DNA of 47,916 nucleotides, counting the filler, from Streblomastix strix (lineage: Eukaryota), in assembly GCA_008636045.1 (NCBI GenBank). It is 2 parts of 2 records of this genome, joined end to end, with 100 filler letters (N's around TTAATTAATTAA, not from the genome) between each part and the next. Parts side by side here need not be neighbours in the genome. Positions count along the whole stretch, not along the records: positions 24,031 to 47,916 come from SNRW01000254.1; 1 more part is not named here. One strand, 5' to 3'. Every line of letters starts with the position of its first letter. The stretch's first letter is position 1. The position numbers were made by a program, and so were the translations under genes. Positions 37,923 to 47,916 of this stretch are shown here, one piece after another. The notes beneath the pieces were generated by a model. It saw only the letters and a program-made list of their open reading frames with translations. It was not told the origin of the DNA and made no database searches.

Positions 37923-40900
37923 TCATTAACCTTTTAAATTAGCTGCAACTTCTGGAATGGAAAGGATTTCATCTGCTGAAATGCGCCGAGATGGATCCTG
38001 ATTTATTAATTCAATATTAATAAATATAAACAAAATAATTTATTTAAATTTAATATATAATTCCATTTTATTATACATAATAAATAAATCAATTAAATAC
38101 CTTTGATAGCATCGCTTTGATCAACTTCTTCAGACTATCTGGGTAATGTGCAGGGAGTTCAGAAGGTTCTTCAGTAACAATGCGATGTGCAATCTAAATA
38201 TCAGATAAGTCTGAAGAGTCATCCTTTTATATATTAATATAGAATAATTAGAAAAGAATAAGAATAATAATATAATAATAAGAATAAGAATTTAAATAAG
38301 AATATGAATTTATATATGAATAAGAATAACGTAATAAAGAATAATGTGATAAAATATTAACTTGCATACATCATTGTGAATGAATGGATGATGTTGAGCA
38401 AGGAGTTCGTAGAGCATGATTCCAATGGCCCAGATATCAACCGCTTTTGTTTATGTAATTCTCCTGAAATTAATAAATAATATAAATGTAAATATAAATA
38501 AAAAAAAATATTTATTAATTAATATAAATAAATAAAATATTACGTAATATTTTAAATTAATAAATATTTCTATTTTATATACTTCATAGGCAGCTTCTGA
38601 TTTTATTTTCCTGCTGCAAGTATTTGATCAATTTCATCTTTTTATATCTCTGGTGCAAGATAGAATCTGAAAAGTCATATTAATATTATATTAAAAAAAA
38701 TGGTTAGTTAAATATTTATTGATTAATATTATAATATTTATATTCTTTATCATACTTTGTTCCTCCATGATATGTTTGATATTCTTTCCCTTGTTGGAGC
38801 TTCCTGGACAATCCGAAGTCAGCTGATATACAAAACAAACAAATATATTAATTAATTAATTATTATAACATAATTTATTATAAATTAAATTAATTATAAA
38901 ATGAATTGATTTGTATATAAAACAAACCCAATTTCACTTTTATGTCTTCTGTAAGCAGAACATTCTCAGGTTTCAAGTCTCCATGAATTATATCATACTC
39001 ATGAAGTTGGTAGACAGCAGATACAATTGAACTCACAAATTCCCAGCATTTCTGTTTGATAATATGAAATAATATTATTTATTTATTGATTAAATGATAT
39101 TTAATATAAATACTTATTATAAAATATTATATATTTATACCTTAGCACTAATTTCAGATCCCATTTTCTATAGATTCTTAATATAACCACGCAAGTCACC
39201 TCCTGAGCACAGTTCCATCACAAGATATGCTTTTTCTTCATCTTCATTCACAAAGAATCCAAATAATTCAACAACATGAATGAATTACGATTAATGTGCT
39301 GATTATCTAATTATCCTTATAATATCCTTCATTACTTCAATTTCTCTGTTCATCATTGATTTTAACTCTTCTGTATCATAATCACACTCTTTTATTGCTA
39401 CAATTCTTTGTGTACTGATTTCTTACATACTATAAACTGTTCCAAATCTTCCTCTTCCAATCTTTTTGATCTTTATGACTGATTATGAGAAAAATAAATA
39501 ATAATAAAATGGAAAAGTTAAAAAAAAGTACTTTAAATAATTTCATTTATTATTAATTGTGAAAAATTATTTCATACAATCAGATAACTTCCAAGTAGTA
39601 TTAAAACATGAAATCTGTTATTATGATGATGAAGAGGATTACGATTATTGAACTTAAATTTATGCTTTAATGCCAAAAAAAGTAGCAAATCCTCTTTCTA
39701 ATCTCTATTTTTCTAATTATTCTTATTCAATTCTTTATCTTTCATTTTCTTATTCAATTCTTTATCTTTCTTGTTAATCTCTAATTCTTTAATTTTCTTT
39801 TTCTTATTCAATTCTTTATCTTTCATTTTCTTATTCAATTCTTTATCTTTCTTGTTAATCTCTAATTCTTTATCTTTCTTTTTCTTTTTCTAATTCAATT
39901 CTTTCTTATTCTTTTTATTCAATAAATATTTCATGTTTCTGATTGTGGAAAGGTACTTCGCTGAGATGATAATCGAGGTGTTCTTGATATTAAGAGAAAG
40001 GAATCTTCTAATGACATTATAAGCACTCAATATGGGCATTATGCTATTGTTTTGGCTATGGGCTAGGGGGTTGTGGCTAACGATGTCCAGCTTGGTTATT
40101 ATGGCCTCCACCACGACCGACTCCATGATTTCGATTCATATTCTCTGCATTAACTCTTTCTGCAACGTGATGATCGAGATGTTCTTGATATTAAGAGAAA
40201 GGAATCTTCTTCTTACATTATTCGCATTAAATTAACTCATTATCTTTCTAATTATTTTCTTATATATTAGCATTTTGAAATTATTAAGGCTATGAAGGTG
40301 GAAGAAGAATTGCAAATGGTTATGCATTATGTTCATTGATATGTTATAGATATTTGGAAAAGGGAATCTTTTGTTTACAAAATTAACAAGGAATTTATTA
40401 TTCTGCTTTATTTCCACCACTCTTATCTTTATTTGGTAGATTCTTTTATGAATTATTAATACTTTATGCAACATGGGAATCTTAGTGACCTTGAAATTGT
40501 GAGAATGGAATAAATTAATGACAGATTTCACAGTCTATTATAGCTTCTTCTCCATGATTAAATTTAACTTATTTATCAATTCCTTGTTTATTTATATTTG
40601 ATTAATTAACATTTTGCTTTGGTGGAGAAGATTTCGGTTTTGGTTGTGACGCAGCATTTCCTTTATGATATTCATCTATATGTTCTTAATATTTAGAGAA
40701 AGGTATCTGCCGATGACATACTTCACAATCAATTTAAGCCATATCAATTTCTTTTTCTTTTTCTTTTTCATTTGATTTTTAATCTTAATTTTCATTTCCA
40801 ATTCCCATTTATTATTTATATAAATCCATCTACTGAACAACAACTGTGTTCTTAATATCAATATGGAAATTAACTTCAGGTGCAATTGGAGAATTTGATT

Positions 40901-43366
40901 AAGGAGGAATTTATTAATTAGAAGAAGAAGATTATGAAGGTAATTAAGATTATTAAGATTATTATTGAATATTAACCTGATTGGGATGGTATCGATGTGA
41001 CTAATTAATCAAAGGTGAAATATATTATTATTTGATGATTGGAGATTGTGCATATTATTGTTATTATTATCCAGGAATTGTAGGTTATTATTATTATTAT
41101 CCAGCATATTATTATTACTGTTGTCCAGCATATTATTATTGCTATTATTATTGTCCAGTATATTATTATCCTGGTATAGCACCAATTTATGGAGAAGGAT
41201 TATAAGCAACATTACCATTGGGAGCACTATACTGCTGTTATTGATATTGAGGTGTTCTAATTGCTGGTGCTTATTATCCTTATCCTTATCCATGAATTTG
41301 TTTCACATTAATTGGCTGATGTACAATTGAAATATTTATATTCTATACTCCTTTGGATAATATTGGATCTTAGGCGATTAATTCTTATTGATGGTGTTTC
41401 AATTCTGCGATTTTGTTATTAACTTATTATTCAAATTATTCCTGTGGTTGATTAATCCAATCATATCCATATGAATATGCAATAACTTCTCTTAATCCTA
41501 GTGTAGATAATGGATGATTATTAATTGTTGTATTTGGATTGATTTAATATTATTATCCATTTTCATCTTATTTGAACCAATCATGATTGAGTGCTTCTTT
41601 AGCTGAAAATCTTTAGTTAGGATTGTATTGAAGCATCTTCTTCAATAAATCAATGCATTGATAAGAGCGATTTGTTGGCATATTCTGGATCGGACGTTGG
41701 ATTATACTAATAAATAAATCATATAATATTATTAATATTAATATAAATAATTTCAATATTTAAAATTTTTATACTAATTTCCTTTTCATACTTTATCAGC
41801 TATCCAATGTTAATCGCTTCAAATGGATATCGTTTAGTCAGTAATTGAAAGAATAGAACTCCTAAACTCCAAATATCTACTTTGTTATTATATCCAGGTT
41901 AAAATTATTATTATCCTGCACTTTGATTTGAACCTATCAATATTTCTGGAGGCTATAATAATAAATATTTTTATAAAATATAATAAAAATAAATATATTT
42001 GGTGATAAATCAATATGTCAATATTAACCACACTATTCCAAGAGGTGTTCTATTGTGGATTTATAATATTCCATATAACAATAAAAGGATATGAAAATGA
42101 ATAAATATATAATTATACAATAAATAATTAAAATTGAAAAGATAATCTCTAATAAAATGTATCTTATTAATAAATCAAACCCACATTGTGCACCTCCTCC
42201 AGTAAATGTATCAACTTCTCTCACAAGTCCATAATCAGTAATCTTCACAATTACATTATCTGTTCCCTATATAATTAATATAATTTTAATAATAAAAATA
42301 TTTATTGAAAAATATTTAATAATATTTTAATTAAAATTAATATAAAAGTAATATTTGAGTTAAAATATATAAAAAATATATAATAAGCATACAAAGATAT
42401 TATGGAACATGATATTGTCAGGTTTTAAATCTCTAAAAGAATAATAATTATGAATATAAAAAAAATATATAATATATTTGAAATATTTTCCATAATTCAT
42501 ACTGGTGAATCACTCCAGCTTCATGAATCACAACAACTCCTTGCACTAGATATGAGTAAAATATATAAAAATATGGAAAATTTGATGTATGAATTAGAAA
42601 TTAAATTTATTAATAATATTTTATTTAAAAAAAAGTAAAAAATCATACAAAGTTGCCATATAATCGGTTTCACAAAGTCTTCTCTAGGAAGAGGAGTAAA
42701 TTTATAATCTAATATCTTCTGCATAGGCTGATAAGTATAATGAAATATGAAATTATTTATTTAAAAGAGAATAAATAAATATATAAAAATTATTTAAAAT
42801 CAAACAGGGAGATTTGCATATTCCATCAGGATAACAGCAGAATTTTGAATTATTTGAGCTACTTTATAGTTCACAACATATTAGCACACGTTCGCTCCAC
42901 TTAAAAATGAATAAAAAATATTGAATTAATAGTGAAATGTTTAGAGAAAAAGTTAAAAAAAAATCATACTTACTCACTTTTCCAGCTACATCCCATTCTC
43001 GTTAATTAAAATGTTGCAAATCCATAACCTTAGCTGTTGCTATTCCAAAATCTTTTGAAACTACTAAATATACCCTATAAATCCGATAAAAATGTAATAT
43101 AAATTAAAAATTATTTGATCAGCAAAATATTAGCATAATCACACGTTCCAAATGCACCACGACCTATTAAAATATAAATAAAAATATTTAAAAATAAAAA
43201 TATAAATTTTAATAATGAAACATACCTAGATTTTTCAGAACCTTGACATCAGTATTTCGGCATAAATAGGGAATAAATATTAATATTAATAGCAATTTTG
43301 AAAAATACTATGATTGTTTATTCATACCCTACATCCAGCACTATCTAACACCGTATAATCCATCAT
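37923..43366 (-). CDS. Tandem kinase: N-terminal kinase (HQD/DYG) - Q-rich linker - five zinc fingers - coiled coil - C-terminal NEK-like kinase (HGD/DFG)
   Basis: Domain 1: MMDYTVLDSAGCR|VLKNLG|RGAFGT|..ATAKVM..IHQ|DLKPDNIM..TDYGLV..PPEI..DIWSLG..RFSAKEALNHDWF. The exon of about 41708-39578 is open without TGA. Domain 2: IGRGRFGTV..VAIKE..MELCSGGDL..IHGDLKPENVLL..ADFGLSR..YLAPE..DIWAIG..DPSRRISA; TGA at 37923-37925. Confidence 0.9.
39720..39895 (-). repeat. Coding tandem repeat (ERQRIEQEN / ERQRIRDQQ units) forming a coiled coil
   Basis: Recurrent plus-strand units ttcttattcaattctttatctttc and ttgttaatctctaattcttt. Confidence 0.8.
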
Positions 43367-43783
43367 TACGATGAGTTTGTTTATACAGTTGGTTATTATG
43401 CATTCTGAATTATTTTCAGACACAGTATAAAAAAATGAATATATTTTTTATTACTCATTTGCATAACAAAGAAATGAATGCAAATTTTCAATTTAATGAT
43501 GACTTGCGAAAGAGGGGTAAAATAAAAATATAAACAATTTGAACTCATAAATCATACTAAATTAAAATAAAAATATAATGTAGAAATCGAAGAAAGTTTA
43601 AAAAAATAATTTATTGTTGCATCATCTTGCTAGAAATCAATATTTATTTTATCTTCTTTCTTCGATCAATTAATAAATTATTTACCATTATATTCTTATT
43701 CAAATTTATTATTCAAATTCATTTTCATATTACAATTCTTATTCATTATATTCTTATATTAATTCATATTTATTATTCACCAT

Positions 43784-46700
43784 TCACTGTCCATCTCTCT
43801 CATTGCCATCCCCTCTCCCTTCAAACCTCCCATATGCATATTCTCTTTCCCTATCTACATCCAGATCATAGATTACATGAGCCAATTCTTCTTCAATCTC
43901 TTCTTCTGGTTCTGGTTCTTGTTCTTAGTCAGGTTCTTGATCTTGTTCTGGTTTATGCCCCTATTAATATTCAATATCTAGATCTGGTTCATTATCAATA
44001 TCAATATCATTATCAATATCATTTTCTAAATCTAGAGTTGATTTATTATCTATTTATTGTTGTTATTATTGGAATTGTTCATCTTCTGCTATTTCATTTT
44101 ATTATTGATGATTATTCTTGTTTAATTCATCATTAATATTGGTTGTATCTGATTCACTACCACTGTCTTCTTCATCTTCATCATCATCTTCTTCTTCATC
44201 AATTATATCTTTCTATTTCTCATCTTGTATCTATTTTTCAATTGATTCAATTTATTATTTTAGTTCTTCATCCAATTATTATTTCTTAATATCATTGATA
44301 TTTTCTAATTTTTCATTAAATTTAAAAAGTTAATCATTTTCTGTTTCATTTTTATCAATTGTATCCGATACAAGTTCTTTTTCGTCCATTTTATCCAATT
44401 ATTGTTATTAAGCTTCATTATTTTATTATAATTGGATAGTTTATTCAATTTCATGATCTAAAAGCGATTTATCTTATATTTAATTATTTTCTTTATTTAT
44501 ATTTTATTCTTCCATTATTTATTAATTTTCTTATTCTTTTTGTCCTATTATTAATAGTTCTTATTCTTTTTCAATTTCTTCAATTAGTTCTTCTTTTTTC
44601 TCAATATTTTCTTATTCCAATTCATTTTCATTGTTTTTATTATCTTCAATTTCGATTTACGACTTTTCTTATTATTTTTCTTTTTCATCCGCTTCTTAAC
44701 TTTAATCTTCAATTTAATCAACTATTTCTTTCTATTATTCTTTCTTTTAATCATCATCTAAATTTTCATTAACTTTTTCAATCATTTATTCCTATTCTTA
44801 TTCAACTTCATTATTCTAATTTTTTCTCTTCTTATGTTCTCTTTTCTGACTTTTACTTCTTTTATGCGATTTTTTATGATGTTTTTCTTTTTCATTTTCT
44901 TTTTCATTGTTATTTTCAATATTTTCAATATTTTCTTCATCTTCATTTTCATTTGATTTTTGATTATCTTTCTCTTTCAGAATAAATTCTTATTTCTCTT
45001 CATCATATTCTTCTTCTTCAATTATTGGCAGTTCTTTGATCTCAGCTTTTTTAGTTGAGTTTTTCTTCTTGCTATTTTCATCTTTATTCTTCTTATCAGA
45101 ATCATTGTTATCATTATTCTTATTCTAATCAACATTTTCTTTATTATCTTTAATATCTTTATTACCAACATTATCTCTTACTTATTATTAATTCTAATCT
45201 TATTCTTACAATTCCTCCTCATCCTATTCTCCGATTTCATCCAAAATCAGCAACTTCACTTTAATAGCATCGCTCTCCCTCCTTATAAGATCTCTAACTA
45301 TCCATTCAGTCCTGAAATCTTCTTCTTTCTGCTTTTATTCATTTTTATTCAGATCATTTTCAGTATTTAATATTTTTGAGCCGAATTTGAAGAATCTGCT
45401 GAAAAGTGGGATTGAGGATCTCCTTTGTTGGGGCATAGTGGTGTAATATTGAGATTGTATGGATGATGGCGCATGAAGAGAAGTTGAATATTGCTCTTTT
45501 ATTTGCGTATATTATTATTCTGTTTATTATTCTTATTATTATTATTCAGTTTATTATTCTATTTGTTACTCTTATTCAGTTTATTAATTTTAATTTAAAT
45601 CATCTTATTATTAATTATTATTATTATACTATTCCTATCTTTTAAGCAGCTCCATATACACAGAATAAGAAGTCTGCTTTTAAACTGGATTCTGAAGAGC
45701 ATATGATTAAGATTATTGTAAAGAAGGAGGTGGCAATATTTGAATATTAGATGAAGATTAAGAAGATGAAGATTCTATTGTTGTTTGTTTTGGTTTTGGA
45801 GATATTGATAATGGAGGATTATTGATATTGTTATTATTATTATTATCATTTGATTTATTATCAAATGTACTTATTTCTGAATTGACATTTTATTTATCAT
45901 CTGGTTTGAGTTTCCATTTATCTTTTTCTTTATTATTTTCTTTCTCCTTTTCTTTATTAATCAAATTCCCCAAAACCGAACTTTTATTACCAATATTATT
46001 AACAATTTTATTTGCTGGTGATCCTTATTGCAACTTAGGATCTTTTTTCATCACTTTCTTACCATCAACATATCCAAAGTAGATCCGAAGCACGTTTTTC
46101 ACATTAGAAACTCGCGATTTCTTCTTTTTAGTGTTGGCTTGCGCTGTTTTTGACGGTTTCTTCTCTAATTTTGACAGAATCTTCTACAAGTTGACTTTCT
46201 TTAATGTTGTGTATTGTCTCTTCATTCGACCACTCTCGCGTGTTCTGGATAATTCAATGATCTCATCTTTCAATTTCCCGGGTTTGGTGTTTTTGCTTAC
46301 AACTTTTTTCTTAGTGTTTCCCAATAAATTTGATGGAAATGATGAATTTTTATTTTAATTTTAATTAAGTGGTTAAAGCGGCTTTTTTCTCCAGGGAATA
46401 ACATTAATCCTGTTTTATATGTTGATTGTATAGTTTGGATATTATTATTACTACTATTATTATTAAGATGATGAAGATGATGAATATGACTTATGTGAAG
46501 TGAGTAGTGGTTGGTTACTTCTTATCCAGTCATACGATCTCCCTTGAATGGACAATTTGTCTTTGCTGAGTTGATTCGTTTTTTATGATGTTTTCTTCTT
46601 ATTTATTTTATTGTCTATTACTTTATATGCATTTATGTTTTTGTTATTATTAGTAGTATTATTTTTGTATTCATTGGGATATAATACTAATTTTTCAGTT

Positions 46701-47916
46701 ATTGTCTCTTTTTCTTCCTTTTCTTCTTCTTTAAATACTTCAATAAATTCTTTCTCAACCTCTTTTGAATTAATATCATTATGATCTTCAATATCAACAG
46801 CTTCATCGTGGCTTTATTTCCAACTGTTTTTGTCTTTCTATCGAAAATATTCATTTAATTTGTTCAGGGTTTATTCTTTTTCTTATAACAACTCATTTTC
46901 TTTCATCTGTTATAGATCATTTATATAATCAGATGTTTTTTGGTATCCTGTAATTTCTTTGCTGAGTTATTCTTCACTGAATTCATTTTCAAAATTGTAT
47001 TTATAAAATTGATCTGAGAAATTAGTAGGTTTTTTTAGTGATGATTTTTATAGCTAATTTGGAGATGATGATTATTATATTGATTCTTATTCCTAAACTT
47101 ATTCTTCTTATTCTTATTAATGAGATTATTATTATTATTATTTCTATTATAGATTAGAGAATGGATCCTTTAGCGAATATGAATTCTATTCAATTTCTTT
47201 ATCTTTATATTCAGATTTCATTTTTTCATATTAAGAAGAAGATTAAGACATTGATAATGAAGAAGAAGAAGATGATTATTTTTCTTATGAAAAAGGATTA
47301 TGAACACGAAAAGTCTCCATTGCAATTTGCACCCAGCCTTTGCCAATCTGTTTATCATATTCATTATCTTTTAATAGTTATTTATTTTTTGTTGTTTCAC
47401 TCAAAATTTTATAATTTGAGTGACTTATTTCACTTTTCTTTATATCTTCACTTTTCTTATTTGATTCAAATTCTTCGTCAAAATCTTTGCTTTCTATTCC
47501 AACTCCGAGATATTCATCATATCCAGAAAGTTGTTGATTGGTTCTTTGATATAAAGAATGTTATTATTAAGAAGTAGAAAGTGATTATTTAAATGATGAT
47601 GTTGCTGATTGGAAAATATCGGTTTCTTAGTTAGAATTGTTTGTTTATATATTATTATTAATATTGTTATTAAAATTATTAATAGTATTCAAATTCTTAT
47701 ACTTCGCTTAATATTCATTCAAATTCGAAACACTCTAAATGATTATACCTTGAAACTTCCTTATTCCATTCTCAAACACATACAACTTTTCATATTCTTA
47801 TTCATCATCATCTTCGTAATCATATTCATAATCATTACCATTATTATAGCTATTATTATATTAACCATTATTTTAACTGAATTCTTTATCACTCAAAATT
47901 CGATTTAATGATATTT
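43784..47916 (-). CDS. 3' part of a large low-complexity (acidic, K/Q/N/S-rich) hypothetical protein; 5' end outside the window
   Basis: One minus-strand frame is free of TGA wherever checked from the window end to TGA at 43784-43786 (over 1370 codons); no domain recognised; basic patch at about 46000-46350. Confidence 0.72.

Larger units (their letters stand above)
1..47916. other. Variant nuclear genetic code (TAA/TAG = Gln, TGA sole stop; table 6-like), intron-rich protist, probably oxymonad
   Basis: TAA/TAG occur in frame inside conserved domains: CIA1 GHT-TAG-DIK (= GHTQDVK), kinase G-TAA-GAYG, RRMs. All complete gene models end in TGA. Introns are AT-rich GT..AG with GTATGA/GTTTGA-type donors. 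Confidence 0.97.

Noticed and set aside
43367..43403. Upstream ATG at 43403 as start of the tandem kinase
   Set aside because: Out of frame with the kinase exons; ATG 43366 gives the 13-codon first exon shared by all paralogs.
968..47908. Supplied ORFs with poly-N, poly-I or poly-L and apparent membrane proteins
   Set aside because: Off-frame or antisense readings of (TAA)n polyQ exons under the wrong code. Only fragments such as 2673-3029, part of 18605-18838, 35041-35256, 42033-42248 and 42521-42724 overlap real frames.

Overview
AT-rich, intron-rich eukaryotic (protist) genomic DNA that uses a variant code: TAA/TAG = Gln, TGA = stop. The supplied standard-code ORF track is therefore almost entirely spurious. 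Code, intron style and gene families fit an oxymonad, most likely Streblomastix strix (inference). In order, the window holds: a decayed DIRS-type retrotransposon (RT, RNase H, methyltransferase, start of the tyrosine recombinase) cut by a mariner remnant; Ser/Thr kinase A (+); an intronless helical hypothetical gene; kinase B (-); a three-RRM hnRNP Q/R-like gene running into an artificial 100-nt gap; kinase C fused to ARM-like repeats and UIM-like motifs, with two in-frame TGA codons; a stand-alone CBM48 mini-protein; CIA1; a two-TM protein ending in PSAP; a tandem two-kinase gene; and the 3' part of a large low-complexity gene. The most notable signal is four paralogous kinases with the same micro-exon 5' end but shuffled tails made of about 13 UBZ-like zinc fingers plus MIU- and UIM-like motifs. 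These suggest a modular family of ubiquitin-sensing kinases, including a double non-RD tandem kinase. Gene models were translated by hand; internal boundaries are approximate.
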